Shown: piece by piece, positions 42,299-54,139 of the stretch
Numbering within the stretch: the stretch's first letter is position 1
Layout of the letters: every line of letters begins with the position of its first letter
Source of the DNA: Dudresnaya verticillata
Lineage: Eukaryota
DNA length: 64,000 nt
Assembly: GCA_977862235.1 (NCBI GenBank)
Contig: OZ374561.1
Span: 806,001 to 870,000 of the forward strand
Direction: 5' to 3'
Notes under the pieces: model-generated
Databases searched by the model: none
The model's input: the letters and a program-made list of their open reading frames with translations, nothing else
What the model was told of the DNA's origin: nothing
Made by a program: the position numbers and the translations under genes

Positions 42299-45200
42299 AT
42301 GCGGCTCCCGTTCCGCAAAGCGGCGCCGCCGCCCGCCCCGCGCACAGTGTACCCGCTGCAGCGCAGCCAGGCGCACGCCGACAACGCCGTAAAGACCTCC
42401 AAGTACACGCTGCTCAACATCGCCCCGTACGCAGTCTTCGAGCAGTTCCGCCGCCTGTCCAACTTCTACTTCCTCATCGTGTCCATCGTGTCCTTCGTCC
42501 CAAACGTCTCGCCCACCTCCCCGGTCACCACCACGCTCCCGCTGCTCGTCGTCGTCGGCTTCGGCCTTGCCCGCGACGTCTGGGAGGACATGTCGCGCCG
42601 CCGCGACGACGCCGCCGTCAACGCCCGCCCGGTCCGCGTCGTGCGCCCCGCCTCGCCCGACCACGCCCTCCCCGCCTCCGCCCGCGACGTCCCGTCGGAT
42701 GACCCTTTCCTCGCCCGCCACCCAGCCCTGCAGCCTCCCCGACACGCACTGCTCCCCGCCCGCGACCTCGCCGTCGGCGACGTCGCCCTCATCCCGCGCA
42801 ACGACCCCTTCCCCGCAGACATGATCCTCATTGAAGCCCCGCCCCCCGAGCCCGTGTGCTACGTCTCCACCGCCAATTTGGACGGCGAGTCCAACCTCAA
42901 GCGCCGCGTCGTCCCTACCGAGCTTGCTGCCCGCGCCAGTCATGAAAACAACTTTGCCGACGACTTCGAGGTCTCTGCACCTCCACCGACTGATGACCTG
43001 TACGAGTTTGACGGCGTGCTGCGCCTGCCCGGCGTGCAGCCTACGCCGCTGCGTGCGGAGAACCTTTTGCTGCGGGGTAGCATTTTGCGTAATACGTCAT
43101 ACGTCTATGCCCTCGTGCTCTACAATGGTCATGATACTAAGATTGCCCGAAATATGCGTGACCCACCCAGTAAGCTGGGTGGCATGGAGCGCATGATGAA
43201 CCGTGTCGTTGTCGGTTTGTTCTCGATTCTCACCTTGGTCACGGTCATTGTCGCCACCATCGCAGGCGTGTGGCAGCGGAATGACGGTGAGGGGCAGTGG
43301 TATATGGGTGAAGAAAGCCTGCTGTCGGGCTCGTCCGTAGCGTTCCGTTCCCTAGGTACCTTTCTGATCCTGTTCCACACCTTCGTGCCGGTGTCATTAT
43401 TCGTTACTCTGGAGTTTGTACGCATTATCCAGGGTCTGTTTATCAATGCTGATGTGAGGATGCGGTCGAAGGGCATCGCCGTGCGCAGTAAGGCGAACAA
43501 TCTCAACGAGACCCTTGGCTACGTCGAGCACATTTTCAGCGATAAGACAGGTACGCTCACAGATAATGTCATGCTTTTTGTAGCCTGCGCTGCAGGAGGC
43601 AACGTTTATGACAAACGCAAAGACTCGGGTTGCATCAAGAAGGCTGTGGCGGAGGGTAAACAAGAAATCAAAGACTTGGTGAGGGCAATGGCATTGTCGC
43701 ACGACGTTGTGCCCGGCTCTGCGGGACTAGCCGCAGAGAGTGTCGAGCAGGCCGACGTAAGCGACCTGGGGGAGGACTTCCAAGGAGAGAGCCCCGATGA
43801 GGTTGCACTTGTGCAGGCTGCGTTTGAAGCTGGCATGGAGCTCCGGGAGCGTAGGCTGGGAAACTATGTACTCAAGGAATCTGGATATGAGGATTTGAGA
43901 AACTACCAGCTGCTCGCCAGACTCGGTTTTACCTCGGAACGGAAGCGAATGAGCACCGTAATGCGTTGCCCAGATGGGAAGGTCCGGATCTATACAAAAG
44001 GTGCTGATATTGTCATGATAGACCTGATGAAGGCAGGAACTTCCTTCACTGATATGGACCGCGCCACAGATAGCTTTTCTAAGGAAGGGCTACGAACGCT
44101 CGTATACGGATCTCGTATTGTCCCAGAAGACGAATATTCAGAGTGGGAAAAGCTGAATAGCGAGGCAAATACCTGCATGGAGGAACGTGCCTTAAAACAA
44201 GCACGTGTCGCTGAGCTGATCGAACGGGACTTATCCTATGTCGGAGTTACAGCCGTTGAAGACAAGCTACAAGAAAACGTGCCTAGCACGATCAAGTTCC
44301 TTCGTGACGCGGGCATTCGACTTTGGGTCCTCACCGGTGACAAGCGAGAGACAGCTGAAAATATTGGATACTCATCACAACTTCTAAATCAAGAAATGGT
44401 AGTCTACCATATAGATGTTGAATCAGCATCGGAGCTGGAAGAACGGTTATCGAAAATTCTGGGAGAGGTGGAATCTGGACCAGCGGCATTGCTTGCACCT
44501 TTTACCGGCGATGCAGCAGCGTCCAGAGATGAGGAGCAGCGAGCTCGACCCCGCCATCACAAACATTCTAGCAATTTGAGTGAGAACCTGATGGCTGCAC
44601 TCACGTTACAGTCGAAAAGAAGACCCGGTGAGCGACAAGTTGCGATCATTATTGATGGCGCGAGTTTGTCCTTTGCAAAAGGGGAGGAATTGGAATCGCT
44701 ATTTCTAGAAGTGGCAGCATTATGCAAGACCGTCATATGCGCTCGCGTTACACCGCTCCAGAAGGCCACAGTCGTCGAACTGGTGCGACGGTACGAGCAT
44801 TCACTCACTCTCGCGATTGGAGACGGAGGAAATGATGTGTCAATGATTCAGGAAGCGCACATTGGAGTTGGCATCAAAGGGAAGGAGGGCTCACAGGCAG
44901 CCCGAGCAGCAGACTATTCAATGGCAGAGTTTCAGCATCTGCGTCGCCTACTTGCTATTCACGGGAGATTTTCGTACATCCGAACGGCAGGGGTTATCAA
45001 TCTTTCATTCTACAAGAACATCTTCTTTTCTTCAACACAGATCTTCTTCCAGTTCTTCTGCTTCGCATCGGGAACTACCCTCCATAACCAGTGGATCGTT
45101 ACAGCATGGAACAGCATCCTGACACTGCTTCCCCCATTCTTGTATGGCATCTTTGAACGCGATCTGGAAGAGTCGACCGTCATGCGATTTCCCTCGGTTT

Positions 45201-45718
45201 ATAAGTCGAACCGCAACAATCGTTTATTTAGCATGCGAACCGTTCTGGAGTATACGATTGCCTACAGCGTCTGGCACGCAATTGTGGTCTTCTTCATGAC
45301 ATACGCATTCTTCGGCCGGTTGGAGCGCACCGTTTTCCGTTCCGGATTGGATGCCGGCTTCTACCTTACTGGGCTCGCAGTGTCCACAATGGCAGTCCCA
45401 ATCGCTCTTGCAAAATTCCTGATTAGCAGTCACTTATGGACCTACGTTGTTTTGCTAGGCGTAGGTATTTCGTTCGGACTCCTTTGGGCGTTGATTCCCA
45501 TTTTCGTACACCTTGCAGGAGAGGAAGAACTCGAGGGTGTACTGGGGATGCTATTTTCTAGTCCAACGTATCACCTTTTATGGCCGATCGTTTTTGTAAC
45601 TGCATTCATTCCCGACTTTCTAGTGCTGACAAACAGAATGACGAGGAAGACTAACCTTGTCGGGAGACTGCAGCTGATGGAAGTACAGGAATCAAGACGC
45701 AGGACAACAAGAAGCTAG
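42299..45718 (+). CDS. P4-type ATPase (phospholipid flippase, DRS2/ALA family)
   Basis: NAVKTSKY, FEQFRRLSNFYFL, NLDGESNLK, VPVSLFVTLE, SDKTGTLT, SPDEVALV, LTGDKRETA, IGDGGNDVSMIQEA. ATG at 42299. Confidence 0.97.
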   Translation: MRLPFRKAAPPPAPRTVYPLQRSQAHADNAVKTSKYTLLNIAPYAVFEQFRRLSNFYFLIVSIVSFVPNVSPTSPVTTTLPLLVVVGFGLARDVWEDMSRRRDDAAVNARPVRVVRPASPDHALPASARDVPSDDPFLARHPALQPPRHALLPARDLAVGDVALIPRNDPFPADMILIEAPPPEPVCYVSTANLDGESNLKRRVVPTELAARASHENNFADDFEVSAPPPTDDLYEFDGVLRLPGVQPTPLRAENLLLRGSILRNTSYVYALVLYNGHDTKIARNMRDPPSKLGGMERMMNRVVVGLFSILTLVTVIVATIAGVWQRNDGEGQWYMGEESLLSGSSVAFRSLGTFLILFHTFVPVSLFVTLEFVRIIQGLFINADVRMRSKGIAVRSKANNLNETLGYVEHIFSDKTGTLTDNVMLFVACAAGGNVYDKRKDSGCIKKAVAEGKQEIKDLVRAMALSHDVVPGSAGLAAESVEQADVSDLGEDFQGESPDEVALVQAAFEAGMELRERRLGNYVLKESGYEDLRNYQLLARLGFTSERKRMSTVMRCPDGKVRIYTKGADIVMIDLMKAGTSFTDMDRATDSFSKEGLRTLVYGSRIVPEDEYSEWEKLNSEANTCMEERALKQARVAELIERDLSYVGVTAVEDKLQENVPSTIKFLRDAGIRLWVLTGDKRETAENIGYSSQLLNQEMVVYHIDVESASELEERLSKILGEVESGPAALLAPFTGDAAASRDEEQRARPRHHKHSSNLSENLMAALTLQSKRRPGERQVAIIIDGASLSFAKGEELESLFLEVAALCKTVICARVTPLQKATVVELVRRYEHSLTLAIGDGGNDVSMIQEAHIGVGIKGKEGSQAARAADYSMAEFQHLRRLLAIHGRFSYIRTAGVINLSFYKNIFFSSTQIFFQFFCFASGTTLHNQWIVTAWNSILTLLPPFLYGIFERDLEESTVMRFPSVYKSNRNNRLFSMRTVLEYTIAYSVWHAIVVFFMTYAFFGRLERTVFRSGLDAGFYLTGLAVSTMAVPIALAKFLISSHLWTYVVLLGVGISFGLLWALIPIFVHLAGEEELEGVLGMLFSSPTYHLLWPIVFVTAFIPDFLVLTNRMTRKTNLVGRLQLMEVQESRRRTTRS

Positions 45719-48039
45719 AAGGCTGCTTCTTTTATATTCTACACCTACTGTTAGAATAAGTCTAGCTGATCTTTGTAAGCCATCCCATACGGGTTTTGTT
45801 CTGTTCCAAACGTCGACAGGAACGTCACGGCTTGCGATGAGGTGGTGGATCTATCTGCTTCATCGCACAATCAGACGTGGCTCAAGTTGCAGCACGAGCA
45901 TGGCATGTTTTCCGAGGCCAACACATGGGGATGCCGCAGTAATGCTGTCTGCCCTGGCCTTTCTCGAGCAGCAAATGTAGCAGACGAACAAGTCCAATAT
46001 GTGCGGTTGTGGGTTGCGGTGCACAGCGGCAAGAAACAAAACTGATTCTGGTCATGTCTCTTGGGCGTGTGCCACGGCATCTATGTATGACGTCGAATAT
46101 GTGGTACTTGCCGAGAAACCCATGGCATTTGCACATTGAAGAACCCTGTACAACATCGCGTTTCAGTTCTCTGTGCCGGCACTGGGCACACCTCTGAACA
46201 TAAGGCCCTTTCTGGCACTGTGGCGCTGGACCGATAGTTTAGAGAAGCGCGGCGCGCAATGAACAACACTTTGGGCAGCACTCATCACAGCACTAGCTTC
46301 CCTGTCCTCTCAGAATGAAGCTATGACGGTGCCCAATAGGCCCATACTTTGGATAGGCACATCTTTTTCACACATCTGCTTCACTGGAGGGAATCAGTGG
46401 CATTGTGATGACTTGTATAGTAAAAAGAACTTGCCATGTGCTCTAGGCAGTGTTCTGTCGTACGAACGGGCCTCCATATCGGTGAGAATGAGCTAGACGA
46501 TTCAAGCGTACTGAGCAATTGGACTGAAGGTTGACGCTAACCACACGGCTCTGCTACATAGAAGTTTAAGACCTCGGCTTGACTGCGCCTGTCGTCTCTG
46601 TGGGATCGTTTGCTGTTAACCGGCGGATTGTGGACACACATTCAATGCCCCCTGGCGCAAGTCACACCCTTTCCGATATCGCGCGAAAGGTGTGGGCAGT
46701 GTGTACCTCAAACTGTGATTGAGAAATCGGAGGCTCACTCGGTTTCATTTGCTTTAGCATCGGCAGCTGTCTGTTTCGATAACTACTCCCCGTTTGGCGA
46801 CAGCCCCCTTTTGAGGAGTAGGCCAGAGTGATGCCTGCATGTATCCCATCTTGCAATAGCAACCTTTTCTCTCGAAATGGAAACTACCTGCGGGCTTCCT
46901 CAAGCTTGTCAGCAGCGACGGCGCATCCAGTGATATTGTTGCACCCCAGTCTATGGTGTATTAAGAGGTCAAGCTTTGCAACAGTTCCACCTTGGTGCCA
47001 TCTGCGTCGCCTTGGGGGCTGTGTTCTTTGGATTCAAGTAAACGCTCATTACGCTGAGAGACACTACGCACTAAGGCTCATGATGACATGATCATGATGT
47101 CACCATGTCATTCTATTCTCATATTAGGCATGCTGACATTTGAAAATGTCAAAATATTTTCGGTGCCACGGTAACTGCGTTCCACGCTCACACTCTGTAC
47201 AGTTGTTGTACTGTGTGCATAGCTGAGCAGTGCTGAACGCACCCCGAGGTGCCAGTACCATTCCACCCTTGGGCTCCCTTCTTCACTTCACCCAGTGCAA
47301 AGCTTCCGCGCAGCAAATGGACGAGGTATAATAAAATGCCTGCAACAAACCCATTTTCGAGCTTGATGAAGAAACCTCTTGCGTGTTTTCCTGACGATAC
47401 AAGCTTTCGCGAAAGTAAGTCTAGTCGTGAGCGCATTCTCACCTGACTTGATTGTATTGGTCCCCAACTATCAACAAGCTACAATAATTAAACTAGCCAA
47501 TTCTGTACCAGCCTTATCCCCAAACACTTCTTCTCAGCTTCTCACCAGTTTCAGCTCCTCTCGAGGATGCACGTTACGATCAGACTATACGAACCGTTCC
47601 TTCAGGAAAGATAAAGTTGGGCTGCTCTGCAAGCAACTCAAACGGACATTCGACTTTGAATCTTTCGTAGTTTCCGTTGAAACTTCTCTGCCGGTACTCC
47701 TCCGTGCTCTGTTTCAGAGAATGAAACGACCTCTTGCCACCCACAAGCCAAGGCAACTTTTGTTCCCTCATCATGCCAAGTCATAAATGGACACCGGTTT
47801 TTGCGCTGTGCGTGTGAAGGATGATGCCATCCTGCATAAGCTCGCCGCAATACTGGGCTCGAGACCAAGACCACAAGCTTTTCGAACTGGGAGCGTCAAC
47901 CTGCTCAGCCCTGCAGATCCATTGGAAAGCCACGAATCAACGCCAAAGCAAAAGCGTGACATAGATATACCGATCAATGTCACTGAGCTTCTAGCTATGT
48001 GCTTGCGCTGCTCATCCATAGCAAGACTTGGAGCCCAAG

Positions 48040-49350
48040 TTACAAGTCAGAATCCAACGGGAGAAGCCCGGATGCCTCCAACAACTCTTCGACACGTGCC
48101 ATTGCCTGCTTAAGACGCTCATTTTCCTCTTCCGTCTCGCGTCTTTCTCGCTCAAGGTCCTCCAGGCGCTGCGCCGACTTCTTTCTGCTTTTCCGGACAG
48201 CTTCACGATTTCTAATTCGACCTTGTTCCTTCGGTGTCAGTGCCTTTTCTGGCATCGGGAGACCAGAGGTAGGAGAAGAAATGGGAGCTATCATTCTCGG
48301 CGCGGCTTTAGCGGCAGCATGAAGTCGCCGTATCGCACGTCTTTGGGAGCGACTTTGAGCAGCCTTCGTAACGCGGCCTTCTCTAGTTCTTGGAACGCCG
48401 TGAGAACGATCTACCGCTGAGATTTCTGGCGACGCATTCCGATTTGGCACTTCAGAACTCTCGTTGAGGATCTCTTCGTGGCCTGTTTTCGAGCCATTCA
48501 CCATCGATGAGGCGGCAGTTTGATCTTTCAGCGCTCCATCCCCAAGTTCCTCATCGCTTTCCAATAATGAAGTGGAGCCACTAGGAATATTTCTTGAGTC
48601 CAAGAACTGCACACAGCCGCCTGACTTCTCTCCCTCAAGCTTTTCCAAGTCTGCAGGTGGGTGCCATGAACTCGGTGCACCATCGCAATAGGAGGAAGAT
48701 GCCAAGTGTTCCAAGATACCTGTCTGCCTACCAAGGTGTGGGATGCTACCCTGCCCGGTAGTGCAAGATTTAGTAATCTCAGAGATGGCTTCAGAAGTCT
48801 CTCTCTCACTACAAACGTTGCGCACCCTCTTCTGACCAGTGCGATGCCTTGATTTCACGATTCTTCCATCCTTCGGCTTAATAGAAAGTATGGAAGGTTT
48901 CGGAGGTAGCAAAGCAGCCGCTAGTGATTGTTCTTCGTCATTCCCAGTGCCAAACCAATTACTTACTGGGAGAACTGAACTTGGCTCAGAAGCTTCGTCA
49001 AGGAGCGGCAGATATTCGTGGCATTCGTTGCCCAGCAATTTCTCTTGAACGGTTTGGAGAACAACAACGCTTTCCCCCTCTAATCCCGATTGTTGTTCAG
49101 TACTCGGAACACTACGTTCGTCACTATGAACATCATCAGAGATCCCATTATGGTTCACTGAAGGTGGGAGACTTTCGTTGTCGTTGCTACCATTCGTTTC
49201 TGGAGGTTGCTCCAAGTTTCGACAATTTGTCGGAAGCCAAGGTGGCGACGGCATGCCAGACGGGTACATCCAGTCTACATTGCTCAATTGGGTGCCAGCC
49301 CTTAAGTCGTCGATAAGAAGTTCGAGTTCTTCAAGACTATTTTCTGCCAT
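48040..49350 (-). CDS. bZIP transcription factor
   Basis: C-terminal RIRNREAVRKSRKKSAQRLEDLERERRETEEENERLKQAMARVEELL; long disordered N-terminus; first ATG at 49350. Confidence 0.85.
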   Translation of the reverse strand: MAENSLEELELLIDDLRAGTQLSNVDWMYPSGMPSPPWLPTNCRNLEQPPETNGSNDNESLPPSVNHNGISDDVHSDERSVPSTEQQSGLEGESVVVLQTVQEKLLGNECHEYLPLLDEASEPSSVLPVSNWFGTGNDEEQSLAAALLPPKPSILSIKPKDGRIVKSRHRTGQKRVRNVCSERETSEAISEITKSCTTGQGSIPHLGRQTGILEHLASSSYCDGAPSSWHPPADLEKLEGEKSGGCVQFLDSRNIPSGSTSLLESDEELGDGALKDQTAASSMVNGSKTGHEEILNESSEVPNRNASPEISAVDRSHGVPRTREGRVTKAAQSRSQRRAIRRLHAAAKAAPRMIAPISSPTSGLPMPEKALTPKEQGRIRNREAVRKSRKKSAQRLEDLERERRETEEENERLKQAMARVEELLEASGLLPLDSDL

Positions 49351-51992
49351 ATTGTTGGAAAATCCTGGCGTCCCAAAACTCTGAGAAGGTAACGATTCTT
49401 GCAAGCTCTGTGCAGCTTCTGTCCCCTGAGAACAGTTTCTGGTAATCGAAGAGATGAAGAGACAATCCACAAGCTTGTATTGGAACTTTCAAGACAGTGA
49501 AATGATGCTATTGCAAGAGTAAAAGCACGGCTTAGCAATTGTTGTGTCCCTCCGTCCGTCCTTCAAGACACACAGCTTCCAAGGGCTTTAAATATCCTTT
49601 TTCGTAGACCCAACACACAGCGTTTAGTATCCCGCTGCAGGAACTGGAGGGTGCAAGAGGAGGGATTCCCCTCCTCGTATGACATTATTTGCGTCAAATG
49701 TCCACTATGATAATCTCTCATCTCATCACTCCTACGTATTGAAAGTATTCTCCTTCATGCCTTGAAGAGCATTAATTGTAAGCCCTCACCATTGTATGGC
49801 ATTGTGTTTGTCAAGACGGCTCCTGGAATAATATTCACGTGCTTCAATAATCATTTTCAGACAGCATCTCTCCTCGAAGATAAACGTCAAGGCTCTGAGG
49901 GGACTCACATTCGTACTGAAAATAGAGGAGATCTTTCATGTAATGTGTACTACGGGTCGAAATCGATAACGAGAGGACGGGGCTGTCACTTCTAAATTAG
50001 GAGGAGAGGTTCATTGTACAGTTAATAGTTTACTGTTGAAAGCAACTTCGCGCAGAATTTGTATGAAGTGCTGCCTTGATTTGTCCATTTTCAAGTTCAA
50101 AGCAGGACCAAAGCTGCAGGAAGAGAGGGAAAAATACTCTCTTTTGCAGGCTAGCCAAAGATTACGGATAGCCTTATTGGATGGAGCTCAGGACTTGGAT
50201 GTAATGCAATAGTGGTCGGTACTTGCAGGGGCGAGTTAGATGTCGCTGAGGACCTGTGTTGTATTCAGCTTCTGAGCTATCATCAGAAAGAAAACATATC
50301 GAGCTATTTGAGTGACACAATAGAATAACGAAGAGATAGGCATTGATGCAACAGCATCATAGGGGTCCCACTGCTTGCGAAATGTACACGGTAAAGAGTT
50401 TCGATTGTTTTCAAGCGCAAGGTATAACGCCTTGAACGATTCTTGCCTTTCTGAAGTAAACGAGCCTATGCTTACTACATTGTTACTCAATGCAAGCTTA
50501 ACATTTCCGGGCCCACAGAAATAACCATGACTTCTCTCTCCTTCTATAAGCAACATGCTGATACAGAACGGAAAAGAGAGGGAGGGACTTTATGGTTAAT
50601 TTAATGGCTCTGGATGAAAGGGTAGTATGCAAGCTCATCTTGCATGATACATGTAAAGGCATCGCTATCCTGTAACCTTGAGAGCTAAGACTCACGGATT
50701 GGTGAAAAGCCCGAAACACAAAACAAAGGCTGCTGAAGTTTGCCGGCTTCGCGAGCTCCGAAATAGAAATTTAAGAGTGCAGTAGAACAAGTTTTGTTAG
50801 CTGAGAAGGGGAAATGTAGCAGGGACATGCAATATTCTTGCAACAAAGGCGAAAGACTCTTCATTGGTGGATTTGTATAGACCAAGGGACTTCAAGCTTG
50901 TTTTTGATATTGGAGCTTGCTGCCTGGTTTCGGGCGAGACAAAAGCCCGTTTATATCATGTCGTCATGATAGCGGTTCTCTTTCAAAAAGAGACAGCTGC
51001 TTGTTTCGCTGTCTGGAAGCACAATGCCGTATACCACTGCGGCCCCCAAACCGTCATGCACAGGCAACGAGAGGTGTTCCCGATGGGCTTACGGTAATGA
51101 TGGTGATACTGTCAGCAAACGAGGTCTATTCCTATTCCGTGTGATCTATTGTCAATGGTGTTCCAGATCCGGTTGCACATCGTTCTTCTGTGGTATATTA
51201 AGGTCCGAAGGGCCAGATATTTCATCACAGGGGACCGCCGGGCCCGTCCCATCCAAATTGATTCCTTTCGAATATGCAGCGAATCGTCGACTTCTGTAAA
51301 TTCTGTGATTGGTCAACAGACGCTCCTTACACATCTTGCATTACAGGGTCAACCACCGTCAAAAACTCATCATTGGCCACTGCAGAGTTGCAAATTGCTC
51401 ATTGGCCAAATTAATGGGATTCAGTCAATATTAGTATGTTGCTCGTGATAATTCATGAAGTCTAAAGTACTATGTCGTTGCGTATGTCTGTGCTTTTTTG
51501 CGCAGTCCTTGTATGGACCTAGTGTTAGAAGATATCGTAGAGCATGATACAGAGCAAGCAAGCTAAAGCAGGCGAAGTTGTGAGTTGAGGAACTTATGCA
51601 GACTGAGAAATCTATTGAACAATCTTACCGTGCACCTCATCCCCACAATCTCTAAAGCAAGTCTCCTCCACCTCAATTTCCACTGTTCCGATTCGTAAGT
51701 CAGCAAAAAATATTAGGCCTTTAAGCGGGGAAGTCATAATGCCGAATTGAAAACTGATCTGTTACGAGGGGTGGCGCAAGAGTCTAATAAGACCAAGGAG
51801 ATTAACAGATATTGCAAATGTCATCCATCAATCCTTGTTATTCCATTGTCTTTTTTTCCTTGTCAGTTTTCTTCAGGTGAGACTTTAAATTAAGAGTCCC
51901 GTTCGATAGTGACTCACATCGACCCGAACAAATTCCAGATGACGAGGCCACTCTTCTTCTTCTTGTAGCGGCAGGCCGCACTCCTCTCCGAC

Positions 51993-52727
51993 ATGGTCTC
52001 CGTTTTTGAACGACCAAAGGTCTCCTTCACATGTTCAAGCCTCTGTGTGCAGCACTCAAGAAAAAGATACATGAGCGCTCGTCGAAAGTTGAAACCTATT
52101 CCTCCGCAGGACTCTCAAGATCCTGAAGGACGCATCTCTGCTGTCCCATCCAGAATGGGGAAGAGGGTGAAAAACAAGAAAGGAAATGGCCAGAAGAAGA
52201 CCAGGGTGCCACTACAGTCAGTGGAAAACACGGCTAGCAAAGATACTATGCCGGATGTAAAGCGGGTGCTTGAAAACGGAAGGCCGTCGGAACTGCGCCG
52301 GAGTATCCTCGTTTCCCGAAGAAAAGGAGACCCAGGTGCTTGGAAGAAGGCACAAAAAACGTTTCAAAATGGTCTTCCCGTTAAGGAGGAAAAGCAATTG
52401 CAAAGTACTGCAAAGAAAAGCGCCGTAAACATGGCCGCTATCGATATCCAGAAAACGGAAGAAACAAAGAAGACTATCGTTGTTTATTCTCCTACATGGC
52501 AGGAAAGGGGTTTCGCTATGCCCTCGCTAAGGTCTTTGCCGCTCCCCCGTCCCAATTGTCTTTGGCATATGTTCTTCACTCAACATGTGGCAGTTCTGCG
52601 AACTCCGTTATATACTCTATTTCCACCAGTGCTACGTATATGTCATTTGTTCCAGGAAGATTCTCATTTGTCCAGGGAAGCCACGACAGGGTCGAAACAC
52701 ACTTCTACAAAGGATTTAAAACAGTAA
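51993..52727 (+). CDS. Lys-rich hypothetical protein (possibly frameshifted or degenerate)
   Basis: 244-aa ATG-initiated ORF in an otherwise ORF-poor, lower-GC region. An overlapping frame 52496-52846 may be its continuation. No recognisable motif. Confidence 0.3.
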   Translation: MVSVFERPKVSFTCSSLCVQHSRKRYMSARRKLKPIPPQDSQDPEGRISAVPSRMGKRVKNKKGNGQKKTRVPLQSVENTASKDTMPDVKRVLENGRPSELRRSILVSRRKGDPGAWKKAQKTFQNGLPVKEEKQLQSTAKKSAVNMAAIDIQKTEETKKTIVVYSPTWQERGFAMPSLRSLPLPRPNCLWHMFFTQHVAVLRTPLYTLFPPVLRICHLFQEDSHLSREATTGSKHTSTKDLKQ

Positions 52728-54139
52728 CAAAAATCTCCTTGTGGAATGGTGACACAGAATCATGGGGAACTTGGGTTGCTGCTTTGGAAATATGTATATC
52801 CCACCATTGGTATCTATTGCTAAGCAAAGTGCTACAAATGTTGTGACAGTGTCCAATAAAGTGTCCCTGATGCGCCGAAAGATCAGATTGGATACGAGCT
52901 TGTCAGTCTTACTCACGGAAGAGAGTAGACACAGAAAATGCCAACTGCTATTCGCGCTACCCTTTCTTTTGCGAAACAGAAGGTAGTTTACCTCGGTAAT
53001 CTACAGTAGCAGAGCGGAAGAAATACTTTGAAAGTAGAAAAGTGCTGAGCAAACCCCAGTTAAGGCAATCGAATTGATTACAGGTGTATTTTCAACAAGC
53101 GAGAGCCCAAGATGTTCTCAACGTGACTATCCTTTTTGTTCAACAGAGGCGGAGCAAGAGTGTCTAGTTACCTGGAAAGTGAACTGCTCTTCACGGCTGT
53201 TTCTGCTCCGGATACCCTCCCGCTTTTGGGTGTCGAACATTGAACAAAATAGAGTTGTGACTTTTCTGCTCTTTCATTCGACTTCCGTGATCCTGAAACT
53301 GGAGATGATGGCTTTTTTCTCCTAGAGCTGCTATTAGGGATGAAGCTCTGAGTAACTCTTTTATGTTGTCTGAATGCCTGTTGCGTTTTTCCAGGGTGTC
53401 TGTGTGGCCATCTACTCGCTATCTACAGTATCTTGGCGCAACTGTAGGCTTCTAGAACGGAGTACAGTAGAGAAAACAGTTTGGTGTGGGAGTACTGTAC
53501 AAAGTCATGCTGTAATGCGTGTCATTTCATCCACGCTGTGTAATGCCCGGTGCTTTCATCGCCGAAGCATAAGCTTTTGCAACTGCTCTTGTGTCCGATG
53601 CCTTCCTGTTGTCGTGAAAGAGCGTCTCCAAATCTTCTGCCAAGATGGTGCATTGCTTTCAGCGCTGTCATCGCCATGATGAGGTGCTTGACCGAGCGGG
53701 AGAGTGCGAGCTGTCTGAATCAGAAAAGTCGGATCTGATATTCGCTTGTCGACTCGACTCGGCATGTTGAAACACAACAACATGCCATGTCCTCCGTTCT
53801 TACAACAGCCAGAGGTGATTTTCTGCATCTTTGGTGCACGGCGACTGTGGCTTTTGATTCACAAGGGAGTATAAGATCCCTAGGACCAACACAACGCGAA
53901 CATGTTGCCACGATTGGTACCTCGGTCATGGTCTGCACGTCTGCCGCGAGAAACGTAGGGGAAAGAGAATGGCTTCGAGACTAGGTGCAAGCCAATCTCG
54001 TCTCATTTTTTTGATTCTTTAACATGCAGCGACTACGAAACGACCAGATGGCCTTGCCTGGCCTCCACGATTGACAGTTCCGTGTCGGTCTCTGCACAAT
54101 CGCAAACTCAACATGGGGTGCCTATCTATGTGTGCAATT

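Noticed and set aside
40600..42462. 620-aa ORF and other long overlapping Arg/Ala/Pro-rich ORFs (33432-34338, 60993-62443, 32043-32930)
   Set aside because: Shadow frames produced by very high GC content. They overlap well-supported genes or promoters and have no motifs.
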